The notes under the pieces: model-generated
Databases searched by the model: none
What the model was told of the DNA's origin: nothing
What the model saw: the letters and a program-made list of their open reading frames with translations, nothing else
Position numbers and translations under genes: made by a program
In this document: piece after piece, positions 11,047 through 22,298 of the stretch
Layout of the letters: each line of letters opens with the position of its first letter
Numbering within the stretch: position 1 is the first letter of the stretch
Source: Aliivibrio fischeri ES114
GTDB taxonomy: Bacteria > Pseudomonadota > Gammaproteobacteria > Enterobacterales > Vibrionaceae
DNA length: 32,000 bases
Reading direction: 5' to 3' (one strand)
NCBI RefSeq assembly: GCF_000011805.1
Contig: NC_006840.2

Positions 11047-12393
11047 GTGAGTAATTTCAGTTTAGATTTTTCAGCAGGGGACGATTATCGTCCCCTTGCT
11101 GCTAGAATGCGTCCGCAAAATATTGAGCAATATATTGGTCAACAACACTTGCTAGGTGTTGGTAAACCACTGCGTCGAGCATTAGAAGCGGGTCAAATCC
11201 ACTCTATGATTTTGTGGGGACCTCCGGGAACGGGTAAAACAACATTAGCGGAAGTCGCTGCCAATTATGCGAATGCAGAAGTTGAACGTGTTTCAGCGGT
11301 AACCTCTGGTGTTAAAGATATCCGTGCTGCCATCGAAAAGGCCAAAGAAAATCAAATTACGGGTCGAAGAACCATCATGTTTGTGGATGAGGTGCATCGC
11401 TTTAATAAAAGCCAGCAAGATGCATTCTTACCACATATTGAAGACGGCACGATTACCTTTATTGGTGCAACAACAGAAAACCCGTCTTTTGAACTTAATA
11501 ACGCCTTGTTATCTCGTGCACGTGTATACAAATTAAAATCACTAGAAAAAGAAGACATTGTTCAAGTCATTGACCAAGCTTTACTAGATAAAGATCGTGG
11601 TTTAAATGATGAAAATTTTGTACTACCTGATGATGTGAAATTGCAGTTAGCTGATTTAGTATCAGGCGATGCTCGTATGTCTCTAAACTATTTAGAGCTT
11701 TTGCATGATATGGCAGAAGAAAACGCACAAGGTAAAAAAGTCGTCGATTTACCATTATTAGCGGAAGTGGCAGGTGAAAAAGTTGCACGCTTCGATAATA
11801 AAGGCGATATGTGGTATGACTTAATATCAGCGGTTCATAAGTCCATTCGTGGTTCAAATCCTGATGCGGCTCTTTACTGGACGGCTCGAATTATTGCCGC
11901 AGGTGGTGACCCTCTGTATGTAGCTCGTCGTTTACTTGCTATTGCTTCAGAAGATATCGGTAACGCTGATCCTAGAGCGATGGAAGTCGCAATGAATGCA
12001 TGGGATTGTTTTACTCGCATTGGTCCTGCTGAAGGTGAACGAGCCATTGCTCAAGCCGTGGTTTATTTAGCGTGTGCTCCAAAAAGTAATGCGGTTTATA
12101 CGGCATGGAAACAAGCACAAATGGATGCGATAAATTCACCAGATTATGAAGTGCCTAATCATCTTCGTAATGCACCGACCTCATTAATGAAAGATATGGG
12201 GTATGGGTCAGATTATCGTTATGCTCATGATGAGCCAAATGCTTATGCGGCGGGTGAGAACTATTTCCCACCTGAAATGCGTGATCGTAAGTATTATTTT
12301 CCTACAAAACGTGGTTTAGAAACCAAAATTAGTGAAAAGCTAGAATATTTAGCCCAATTAGATCAAAACAGTCCGTTAAAACGCTACCAATAA
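11047..12393 (+). CDS. rarA: Replication-associated recombination protein A (MgsA/RarA AAA+ ATPase)
   Basis: AAA+ Walker [12 protein letters not shown], Walker [24 protein letters not shown], sensor [19 protein letters not shown]. Confidence 0.96.
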   Translation: MSNFSLDFSAGDDYRPLAARMRPQNIEQYIGQQHLLGVGKPLRRALEAGQIHSMILWGPPGTGKTTLAEVAANYANAEVERVSAVTSGVKDIRAAIEKAKENQITGRRTIMFVDEVHRFNKSQQDAFLPHIEDGTITFIGATTENPSFELNNALLSRARVYKLKSLEKEDIVQVIDQALLDKDRGLNDENFVLPDDVKLQLADLVSGDARMSLNYLELLHDMAEENAQGKKVVDLPLLAEVAGEKVARFDNKGDMWYDLISAVHKSIRGSNPDAALYWTARIIAAGGDPLYVARRLLAIASEDIGNADPRAMEVAMNAWDCFTRIGPAEGERAIAQAVVYLACAPKSNAVYTAWKQAQMDAINSPDYEVPNHLRNAPTSLMKDMGYGSDYRYAHDEPNAYAAGENYFPPEMRDRKYYFPTKRGLETKISEKLEYLAQLDQNSPLKRYQ

Positions 12394-12499
12394 AAGGGCA
12401 TTTTCGGTATCTTATTCGAATCGCAATTTGGAAATGAAAATTGCACAGGATTTTATTATTAAGTGGGTTCTTTTTATTTTGAACACACCATTACTATAA

Positions 12500-13822
<1,323 letters not shown>

Positions 13823-13854
13823 TCTATATTAATAGATAACACATAATAAATAGT

Positions 13855-13893
13855 AAAAAGCCCCTTTATGCAGAGTCATAAAGGGGCTTTTTG
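13855..13893. terminator. Bidirectional intrinsic terminator between serS and trxC
   Basis: aaaaagcccctttatg-cagagt-cataaaggggctttttg: perfect GC-rich stem with flanking A/T tracts between convergent genes. Confidence 0.93.
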
Positions 13894-13910
13894 TTTGTCT
13901 GCTATTTACA

Positions 13911-14345
13911 TTATTTAAGCAGTGCTTGATTTAACCATTGATCAAATTGACCTTTAGGTAATGCACCATTAATCATGTCTACACGCTGACCGTTTTTAAA
14001 TACCATGATCGTTGGTATTGAGCGGATCTGATATTGTGCTGCAATTTGTTGTTCAGCTTCTGTGTTGACTTTAATACAACGAATTTGTCCATTACGTTCT
14101 GCGGCAACATCTTCAAAAACTGGCGAAAAGCCAACGCATGGGTTACACCAAGGTGCCCAGAAATCGATAACAACAGCTTTATCGCTATTGAGTAAAGCGG
14201 CTAGGTTATCCATTGTACCTTCTACTGGTTTACCATCTAATAATGGTTCCTTACAGCGACCACAAGTTGCACCATCGTTGACTCGTTCAGTAGGAAGACG
14301 GTTTAACCCATGACAAGATGGGCATCGAGTTTGAAATTGTGACAT
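13911..14345 (-). CDS. trxC: Thioredoxin 2 (TrxC-like), zinc-binding N-terminus plus thioredoxin fold
   Basis: N-terminal CPSC...CGRC zinc motif, thioredoxin fold FWAPWCNPCVGF, SIPTIMVFKNGQ. The active site reads WCNPC. Confidence 0.9.
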   Translation of the reverse strand: MSQFQTRCPSCHGLNRLPTERVNDGATCGRCKEPLLDGKPVEGTMDNLAALLNSDKAVVIDFWAPWCNPCVGFSPVFEDVAAERNGQIRCIKVNTEAEQQIAAQYQIRSIPTIMVFKNGQRVDMINGALPKGQFDQWLNQALLK

Positions 14346-14466
14346 GGTATTCCTTTATCGTTATTCTGTGTTAATACCAATTACCATTGGGAAATTGGTT
14401 TAAACAGTTTGTGAGCATAAAGAAATAATGGGGATGCGAAGAGCTAGATTCAATAAATTCAGAAAT

Positions 14467-14495
14467 AAAAAAGGAGCAAATGAATGCTCCTTTTT
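14467..14495 (-). terminator. Intrinsic terminator downstream of the DUF440 gene
   Basis: Minus strand aaaaaggagca-ttcatt-tgctccttttttattt. Confidence 0.85.
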
Positions 14496-14516
14496 AACAA
14501 TATGGTAGGGATTAAC

Positions 14517-14840
14517 TTAATCACGTTTCCATAGCATGTGACAGAATTTATGTTCAGGATCACGGCTAACTAGCATGCGAGCAAAAACATCATCTAATGC
14601 ATCAGATTCTTCATTTACTAAGCCGATTAATACTTCAGCATATGTTTCTTTATCTACTTCAAATCCAACGTGTTCAGCCCAGTCATCACGGGTATCAACA
14701 ACCTCAGCTGCGCCACGATCATCAAATTGCAAAGTGAATAAAGCAACATCTGCAGGTTCAAGATTGTCTTGAGCCATTTCTAGGAAGATATCGTAAGCGA
14801 CTTCAATTACGTCGTCGTAGCTAATTAGTTCAGTAGTCAT
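14517..14840 (-). CDS. yciU: DUF440 / HI1450-YciU family putative dsDNA-mimic protein
   Basis: Strongly acidic 107-aa protein with the family signature AYDIFLEMAQDNLEPADVALFTLQFDDRGAAEV...DDWAEHVGFEV...DDVFARMLVSRDPEHKFCHMLWK. Confidence 0.8.
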   Translation of the reverse strand: MTTELISYDDVIEVAYDIFLEMAQDNLEPADVALFTLQFDDRGAAEVVDTRDDWAEHVGFEVDKETYAEVLIGLVNEESDALDDVFARMLVSRDPEHKFCHMLWKRD

Positions 14841-14917
14841 GGTTATTACTCTTAAAAAATACGCTTTAAATTACCACGAAATCGCTTCCTAAGGCTAGAT
14901 GTATAAACAAATAGAAA

Positions 14918-14933
14918 GAGCAAACGTTTGCTA
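14918..14933 (+). promoter_or_regulatory. Putative PurR operator upstream of gsk
   Basis: gAGCAAACGTTTGCTa: 14-bp perfect palindrome matching the core of the PurR consensus ACGCAAACGTTTGCGT, about 90 bp upstream of a purine-salvage kinase. Confidence 0.7.
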
Positions 14934-15022
14934 TTGATGGTGGTGTATATCAGTAGTTGCGGCAGAGTTATTGAGCGGCTAAACTTCGCAGTTCTTCCAT
15001 TAGCCAGTTGAATGATTATTTT

Positions 15023-16327
15023 ATGAAATTTCCAGGTCAGCGTAAATCTAAGCATTATTTTCCTGTTCACGCACGTGATCCATTAGTTAGCCAAGCTCAA
15101 GAAGCTAAGAAAATGTCTCGTACCCATATTATTGGTATCGACCAAACGCTAGTGGATATTGAAGCGAAAGTGGATGATGCTTTTATTGAAAAATATGGCT
15201 TGAGTAAAGGACACTCACTGGTTATTGATAACGATAAAGCAGAGATGCTTTATAATGAATTAAAAGACAATAATATGATCAGCAATGAATTTGCTGGTGG
15301 TACGATTGGTAATACGCTTCATAACTACTCTGTTCTTGCTGATGATAAATCAACATTATTAGGTGTTATGAGTGAAGATATTCACATAGGCAGTTATTCA
15401 TACCGTTATTTATGTAACACATCTAGCCGAATGGATTTAAACTACCTTCAACCTGTTCCGGGTGCGATTGGTCGTTGTTTTGCACTGATTAGTGAAGATG
15501 GTGAGCGCACGTTTGCAATTAGCGAAGGTGACATGAACCAACTTCGTGCAGAGAGCATTCCTGAGAAGATTTTCAAAAATGCATCAGCACTTGTACTAAC
15601 AGCATATTTAGTTCGTTGTAAAGAAGGCGACCCAATGCCTGAAGCAACAATGAAAGCGATTGAATATGCGAAGAAATATGATGTGCCTGTTGTATTAACT
15701 ATGGGTACTAAGTTTGTGGTTCAAGATGACCCACAATACTGGCGTGATTTCTTAAATGACCACGTAACGGTTGTTGCAATGAATGAAGAGGAAGGTGAGG
15801 CGCTTACTGGTGCTACAGACCCTCTAGAAGCTGCAAATAAGACTCTTGAGTGGGTTGACCTAGTTCTTTGTACTGCTGGCCCTGTAGGCCTTTATATGGC
15901 AGGTTACACGGAAGATTCTGCAAAACGTGAAACATCACTACCATTACTTCCAGGTACAATTGCTGAATTTAACCAGTTTGAATTTAGTCGTCCAGCAGTG
16001 AAGGACAGCTGTGAAAACCCAATTAAGGTATTTTCACACATTTCACCATACATGGGTGGCCCTGAAAAAATTAAGAACACTAATGGTGCTGGCGATGGTG
16101 CATTATCTGCTTTATTACATGATATGGCTGCAAACCATTACCACCGTAATAACGTACCAAACTCAAGCAAGCATCAGCACTCTTTCTTGACGTATTCTTC
16201 TTTCTCACAAGTATGTAAATACTCAAACCGTGTAAGTTTTGAAGTATTAGCACAGCACTCTCCACGTTTATCTCGTGGCTTGCCAGAGCGTGAAGACAGC
16301 TTAGAAGAAGCATACTGGGAAAGATAA
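15023..16327 (+). CDS. gsk: Inosine/guanosine kinase
   Basis: MKFPGQRKSKHYFPVHARDPL start, PfkB-type motifs (GGTIGNTLHNYSVL, NTNGAGDGALSALLHD). The ORF track starts at a TTG at 15008; ATG at 15023 is more likely. Confidence 0.93.
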   Translation: MKFPGQRKSKHYFPVHARDPLVSQAQEAKKMSRTHIIGIDQTLVDIEAKVDDAFIEKYGLSKGHSLVIDNDKAEMLYNELKDNNMISNEFAGGTIGNTLHNYSVLADDKSTLLGVMSEDIHIGSYSYRYLCNTSSRMDLNYLQPVPGAIGRCFALISEDGERTFAISEGDMNQLRAESIPEKIFKNASALVLTAYLVRCKEGDPMPEATMKAIEYAKKYDVPVVLTMGTKFVVQDDPQYWRDFLNDHVTVVAMNEEEGEALTGATDPLEAANKTLEWVDLVLCTAGPVGLYMAGYTEDSAKRETSLPLLPGTIAEFNQFEFSRPAVKDSCENPIKVFSHISPYMGGPEKIKNTNGAGDGALSALLHDMAANHYHRNNVPNSSKHQHSFLTYSSFSQVCKYSNRVSFEVLAQHSPRLSRGLPEREDSLEEAYWER

Positions 16328-16353
16328 AAGACAATCTTTATTTTCCAAACAAT

Positions 16354-16386
16354 AAAAAACGGAAGCCTCAGTGGCTTCCGTTTTTG
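16354..16386 (+). terminator. Intrinsic terminator between gsk and yeaD (could act on both strands)
   Basis: aaaaaacggaagcc-tcagt-ggcttccgtttttg. Confidence 0.9.
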
Positions 16387-16419
16387 TTTAGGTAAATATC
16401 GAAGTAGGTTACCTTGATC

Positions 16420-17295
16420 TTACGCTTTAATCGTTGTGGTTAGCGTAAATGCATTACCTGGTTCAACGGTTTGGGCTTCTTCTAAGCTAGTTGCGTGGTA
16501 AGTAGACTCAACACACACCATGGTTTTGTAGCCATCATTATTCATATCAGCCATCGATTCCGCGCCTTCAATCCAAGGGTTCCAAATAACCGCAGCATTA
16601 TGACCTGAATTCGTCACCGTTAATGTACGCTGAGAGTCTGAAACTGATACGGTATTTTCTGGTTGAGTATATACACGGTCAACGGCAGCGCTTATTGATA
16701 GAGTATCTTCGCCTGTACATAGTTTGGCATTTTGAAGGCCGTCAATATATGTTGGACCCATACCCGTAATTGTTGTTGAAGCAATATCCGCAACGTTAAG
16801 GTAAGTGTGTAAAGCACCAGAACAATTCCATGCTTTGCTATCCGTATTTTTTGCATCAAGCGTAATACGTAACTCATCACCAATTTCAACGGTTAAGCGT
16901 GCTTCAAATTCAAAAGGCCAAATCGCTTTGGTTGCTTCAGATGCTTCTAATCCTAGAACGATAATAACGCCATTATCATTTTCACGGTGTTCAATAAGCG
17001 TCCACTCATTATTACGAGCAAAACCGTGAGCAGGATCGGCGATACGACCAAACCATGGCCAACAAACAGGAACGCCGCCACGAATTGCTTTTTCAGGGTT
17101 AAAGATGGCTTCTTTACTCATCCAAATAAGATCGTCTTGTCCTTTTGGCGTAAAAGATAAAACATGGCCACCATGAAGAGAAATGGCTGCATTGGCTTTG
17201 TCATGAATGACACGAATCACTTTTACATCATCTAATTGAGCAACAGTGACGTTATCAGATAATACACTGATAATTGGAAGCTGAGTAAGATTCAT
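16420..17295 (-). CDS. yeaD: D-hexose-6-phosphate mutarotase (aldose 1-epimerase-like)
   Basis: Motifs HGGHVLSFTPKGQDDLIWMS, GGVPVCWPWFGR, HGFARNNEWTLI; adjacent to gapA as is common in gammaproteobacteria. Confidence 0.9.
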   Translation of the reverse strand: MNLTQLPIISVLSDNVTVAQLDDVKVIRVIHDKANAAISLHGGHVLSFTPKGQDDLIWMSKEAIFNPEKAIRGGVPVCWPWFGRIADPAHGFARNNEWTLIEHRENDNGVIIVLGLEASEATKAIWPFEFEARLTVEIGDELRITLDAKNTDSKAWNCSGALHTYLNVADIASTTITGMGPTYIDGLQNAKLCTGEDTLSISAAVDRVYTQPENTVSVSDSQRTLTVTNSGHNAAVIWNPWIEGAESMADMNNDGYKTMVCVESTYHATSLEEAQTVEPGNAFTLTTTIKA

Positions 17296-17404
17296 AGGTA
17301 ACTCCTAAAATAATAAATATGCATTCTTCTTCTATTTAATATTCAGAGAAATAGTTTCTTTTTGATTGAATAGAAAAAGGATAAATACTGAATTACAGGT
17401 ATAA

Positions 17405-17429
17405 AAAAGGCGACAATTAAGTCGCCTTT
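17405..17429 (-). terminator. Intrinsic terminator downstream of gapA
   Basis: Minus strand aaaggcgac-ttaatt-gtcgccttttttat. Confidence 0.8.
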
Positions 17430-17489
17430 CATTCTTAAAAGATAGTAAAACCTTTTAAGTTAGCTTTCAAAGAAAGTCTAAACTAATGC

Positions 17490-18515
<1,026 letters not shown>

Positions 18516-18821
18516 TCAGGTTTAAATTAACTGGTAGTAAAATTACAAAATCCTGAGCCAACCTGCAAGTGAAAATCCAAATTTAATTGTTTAAAATCAA
18601 AAAATAGACCATATCCTGTTAACATAAAGAAAAATTCTTACGTAATTCGAATAATTTGTGGTTATTTAGTAACCTAAATGACACTTTGTGAAAAAAAGTG
18701 ACATAACAATTAATGTGATTTCGCTTGGTTGCTGTAAAATTACTTTGGCAAAGTATGTGCTACAAAGGTGATATATAGCAAGGTTTAATTTAAAGAAGTC
18801 TAAGAAAGGAGTTTTATAAAA

Positions 18822-19229
18822 ATGGAGACACAAAAAACATTTTTAGAATACACCGATGAAGAGTGGCGAAAAAAGCTTACAAAAGAAGAGTTTGATATTT
18901 GTAGAAAACAAGGAACAGAAGCGCCTTTCTCAGGAACGTTATTACATAATAAAGAAAAAGGCTATTACGCCTGTACTTGTTGCCAAACCATTTTATTTGT
19001 ATCTGATAATAAATATGACTCAGGTTGTGGGTGGCCAAGCTTTGATGCCCCAGTGAACGATCAAGTCATAAGATATATTGAAGATAACAGCCACGGGATG
19101 AAAAGAATTGAAATCCGCTGTCGTCATTGTGATAGTCATTTAGGGCATGTTTTTGATGATGGCCCCAAAACAACCAACGAAAGATATTGCGTGAATTCGG
19201 TTTCTTTAAATTTTTCGCAAGATAAATAA
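18822..19229 (+). CDS. msrB: Peptide-methionine (R)-S-oxide reductase MsrB
   Basis: CTCC...CRHC zinc ligands, [29 protein letters not shown]. Confidence 0.96.
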   Translation: METQKTFLEYTDEEWRKKLTKEEFDICRKQGTEAPFSGTLLHNKEKGYYACTCCQTILFVSDNKYDSGCGWPSFDAPVNDQVIRYIEDNSHGMKRIEIRCRHCDSHLGHVFDDGPKTTNERYCVNSVSLNFSQDK

Positions 19230-19242
19230 ATCCATATAAAAT

Positions 19243-19272
19243 AAAAAAGGAGCACATTTCGGCTCCTTTTTT
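19243..19272. terminator. Bidirectional intrinsic terminator between msrB and the lipoprotein gene
   Basis: aaaaaaggagc-cacatttcg-gctcctttttt. Confidence 0.88.
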
Positions 19273-19287
19273 ATTTACATCAGTAAA

Positions 19288-20130
19288 TTAATTTTTCTCA
19301 GCTATCTTTGGTAGTAGCTGTGCTGAGAATTTTTGCTCTTTGATGCTTTTTACTATTACTTCACTTGCTTGTTGTAGTTTTTGTTTTTCTGCATCTGAGA
19401 ATGAATACAACAGGTCAAGTTGTTGTTGAGAAGAAACTTGTAGGTCAAATTCTTTCCCGACTAAAGCCCAAATATAAGCATGTTCTGTGTTTTGCTCTTT
19501 ATGATTGATACTTGCTAGCGATTTAATAATCGTTGCATGGAAATCGTTTTTATAATCATCTTTAGTTAATAGTTCTAATGAGTGATTTAATAACGTGATG
19601 GTTTTATTTCCATTGCGTAATGCATAAAAGGTAGCAAGTGCATATTGAAGCTCTGCTGTTTCAAGAGAGCGAGAACCTTCAAGTTGTAAAAACTCTCTTA
19701 ATGCAGACTTATCACCTGTACTCCAACGATAATAAAGAACCTTGGGTTCTTTAGATTCTTTCAATTCGATGCTCAATAGATCAATAGCATCATAGGTATG
19801 TATCAGTGCTTCTGAACGTTTTGTTTTAATTTCTTTTGCGGTGATGGGTTCAATTTGTGCAGCGGATGTTAAACATGATTGATATTGATAGGTTGCTTGA
19901 ATGGTTTTTAGCTTATCTAAATCGCTTTGGCTTTTTAAAGTAGCAAAGCGACTTAATATAAGCGCATCGCGTTGATTAAGACATTGTCCATCTCGCATAT
20001 TTAATTGATCACATTGTAGCTCAGAATGATCTTCACATAACTGCGTTGTTGTTGGAGTAGTATCAAAACAGCCAGATAAGGAAAATGCAGTAAACGTTAT
20101 TAGCGAAAATCGTTGAATAGTAGAAAACAT
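19288..20130 (-). CDS. Putative lipoprotein of unknown function (possibly DUF2989 family)
   Basis: Signal peptide with lipobox FSLSGC (MFSTIQRFSLITFTAFSLSGCFD), then alpha-helical repeat-like sequence. The family name is from memory and unverified. Confidence 0.65.
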   Translation of the reverse strand: MFSTIQRFSLITFTAFSLSGCFDTTPTTTQLCEDHSELQCDQLNMRDGQCLNQRDALILSRFATLKSQSDLDKLKTIQATYQYQSCLTSAAQIEPITAKEIKTKRSEALIHTYDAIDLLSIELKESKEPKVLYYRWSTGDKSALREFLQLEGSRSLETAELQYALATFYALRNGNKTITLLNHSLELLTKDDYKNDFHATIIKSLASINHKEQNTEHAYIWALVGKEFDLQVSSQQQLDLLYSFSDAEKQKLQQASEVIVKSIKEQKFSAQLLPKIAEKN

Positions 20131-20250
20131 GATAAACCTATTGATTGAGAAAATGGAAACGTGATCCGTTACTCCTATTTATCGGCATAATATTGACTAA
20201 CATTAATGAAAAGATATCGTTTGTTCATATTTTTATAAATAAAAGAGTAG

Positions 20251-20538
20251 ATGATGAATATTGAGACATTATTAGAATCCATGACTCCTGAGGTTTTTAA
20301 AAACCTGCAATACGCAGTTGAAACAGGGAAGTGGCATAATGGGACACCATTGTCTGCTGATCAGAGAAGCACATGTATGCAAGCCGTTATGATTTATCAA
20401 TCTAAATACAATACAGATGCGCAGCATATGACGGTGGCTGAGGGGGGAGAGATCAGTTTTAAGTCAAAATCTGAGTTAAAAAAACAGTTTTCGAAAGACC
20501 AACAAGATATTGTTCGCGTGAATGTTTCTTCTGATTAA
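20251..20538 (+). CDS. yeaC: YeaC-like (DUF1315) small conserved protein
   Basis: IETLLESMTPEVFKNLQYAVETGKWHNGTPLSADQRSTCMQAVMIYQSKYNTDAQHMTV matches the YeaC pattern of SMTPEVY...AVELGKW...C.Q.V..WQ...N..AQHMT. Confidence 0.8.
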   Translation: MMNIETLLESMTPEVFKNLQYAVETGKWHNGTPLSADQRSTCMQAVMIYQSKYNTDAQHMTVAEGGEISFKSKSELKKQFSKDQQDIVRVNVSSD

Positions 20539-20684
20539 TGGCTTATTTGTACTTTTTATTACGGTAAATAAGCAAATAAGAAAAACAAATGCAACATTGA
20601 TCCCAAAAGTGGCTTATAAAATTGTCGATAACCTAACAGTCTAGTAGATTATCGCCAATTTCATAAATTATAGAATGACGTAAG

Positions 20685-20834
20685 ATGAAAAAGACCAAAG
20701 GACAAGTTCTAACAAAATTTGCTGCGTTTGCCGCTGTATTCTTTTTATTAGCAGTAATTGCTGCACCAAAGTTCCTTGGTAGTGATTCTGATGCTCATGC
20801 GTCGAAAAGTTCGTTAAGTTTATACACTGAATAG
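20685..20834 (+). CDS. Small (49-aa) single-pass membrane or signal-peptide-containing protein
   Basis: ATG...TAG frame: MKKTKGQVLTKFAAFAAVFFLLAVIAAPKFLGSDSDAHASKSSLSLYTE. Basic N-terminus and hydrophobic helix. Absent from the supplied ORF track because it is under 60 aa. Confidence 0.5.
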   Translation: MKKTKGQVLTKFAAFAAVFFLLAVIAAPKFLGSDSDAHASKSSLSLYTE

Positions 20835-20855
20835 CGTCTTTTAAAATGAGTACTA

Positions 20856-21716
20856 TTATTCTTTTGCATTAATAGTATTCACAATTCTCTTGTCTGGTTC
20901 TGGTAACCGACTTCCGCAATGCTTACAGTGTATTGCGTCTGACTCATGTCCACCTTTCAAACAATTAGGACAACGAACAAGATCTCTGTGAGTATTCATC
21001 TCTTGATTTAATTCCGCAGTAATGATCCCCGTTGGTACAGCAAGTATCGAGTAACCTAATAGCATAGTTAAAGAGGCGATTGCTTTACCGAGTGGGGTGT
21101 GAGGAACTAAATCACCATATCCTACAGTAGTAATTGTTACTATAGCCCAGTAGATACTTTGTGGAATACTTGTAAATCCATTCTCCGGCCCTTCAATTAC
21201 AAACATTAATGAACCAAAAACAGAAACAAGAATCGCAACGGTACTAAAAAATATGAGTATTTTGCGTTTGGCCATTAAGAGTGAGCGCAATAGAATATTT
21301 GAATCTTGCAAGTAACGAACAAGTTTCAAAATTCGGAAAATACGCATTACTCGAAGCAAACGAATAATAGCTATATAGCTAGCGCTAGGGAAGAAGAGAG
21401 CTAGGTATGTAGGTAATATTGCTAATAAATCAATAATGCCATAGAAGCTTTTTGCATAAGAGCTTGGTCGTGGAGAGCAATAAAGACGCAAAACATACTC
21501 AAGTGTGAAGATAGCTGTAAATAAATACTCAAGCTTCCATAATACTTCTCCATACTGTAAACGTACAGAGCTTATAGAATCTAATATCAAAGTTGCTTGT
21601 GATAATAAGATTAAAATAATTAAGGCGATATCAAACCTTCTGCCACCTTTAGTATGGGTACCAAAGATGATTGTATATAGATGATGTTTTATTGGGCTTT
21701 TTCTTGTTTTTGTCAT
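20856..21716 (-). CDS. Voltage-gated-type 6TM potassium channel with C-terminal zinc ribbon
   Basis: S4-like IIRLLRVMRIFRILKLVRYL, selectivity filter TVGYGDLVP, C-terminal CPNC...CKHC module. Confidence 0.88.
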   Translation of the reverse strand: MTKTRKSPIKHHLYTIIFGTHTKGGRRFDIALIILILLSQATLILDSISSVRLQYGEVLWKLEYLFTAIFTLEYVLRLYCSPRPSSYAKSFYGIIDLLAILPTYLALFFPSASYIAIIRLLRVMRIFRILKLVRYLQDSNILLRSLLMAKRKILIFFSTVAILVSVFGSLMFVIEGPENGFTSIPQSIYWAIVTITTVGYGDLVPHTPLGKAIASLTMLLGYSILAVPTGIITAELNQEMNTHRDLVRCPNCLKGGHESDAIHCKHCGSRLPEPDKRIVNTINAKE

Positions 21717-22038
21717 TTATCTGTATTTATAAGCTATTGCTGTGCACCAAGAATAATCAAAAAACTCTGACCTCTCTAGTATTTCTTTTAATCAATTTCT
21801 AATCCTATCTTTTTAAAAACACTAAAATTTTACAATAAAGTGATCTAGAGCAAATTATTCACGATATAAATGATGTGAATTTTCTGAGACTTATACTACT
21901 CTTTAGTGGCACGAATAATTCGCCTTAATTTGTCATTTTTTGCCGCGTTTATGTAATTTTATTACATTTTGATTTTCTGCTATTGACTGATTTGTTAAGA
22001 GTTGAATGTTTGAAGTACTTCTATTTTTATATTAAGTA

Positions 22039-22054
22039 TGTGATATAAATCACT
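22039..22054 (+). promoter_or_regulatory. Putative CRP-like binding site upstream of adhE
   Basis: TGTGA-tataaa-TCACt: both half sites of TGTGA-N6-TCACA with one mismatch. Confidence 0.55.
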
Positions 22055-22111
22055 TTTTAAATGTGCTACCCGTAAGGGGTAAGTCGAAAGTGGTAAATAT
22101 TTTCTGATAAC

Positions 22112-22125
22112 TGATCTGAATCAAT
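22112..22125 (+). promoter_or_regulatory. Putative FNR-like box upstream of adhE
   Basis: cTGAT-ctga-ATCAA, one mismatch to TTGAT-N4-ATCAA. Confidence 0.6.
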
Positions 22126-22147
22126 ACTTTTAAAAATGTGAAAGAAT

Positions 22148-22153
22148 ATAATC
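22148..22153 (+). promoter_or_regulatory. Putative -10 element for adhE
   Basis: Perfect TATAAT. The inferred start near 22160 puts the FNR-like box centre at about -41.5. Confidence 0.6.
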
Positions 22154-22298
22154 AGTTTTGAAAGCAATTTACTAAGAAAGTACAGCGAGAACGTGAAGGG
22201 AATTTTCGGTCTTGTTATACAAATGAAATAAAAAATCAAAGTTCTTACTAAATAGTTTTTAATGATTTATATAGTTTTTTAATTTTAGGAGAAACACT

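Noticed and set aside
11567-11857. 96-aa minus-strand ORF inside rarA
   Set aside because: Antisense to the AAA+ gene, no recognisable domain.
16805-17029. 74-aa plus-strand ORF inside yeaD
   Set aside because: Antisense shadow ORF without supporting signals.
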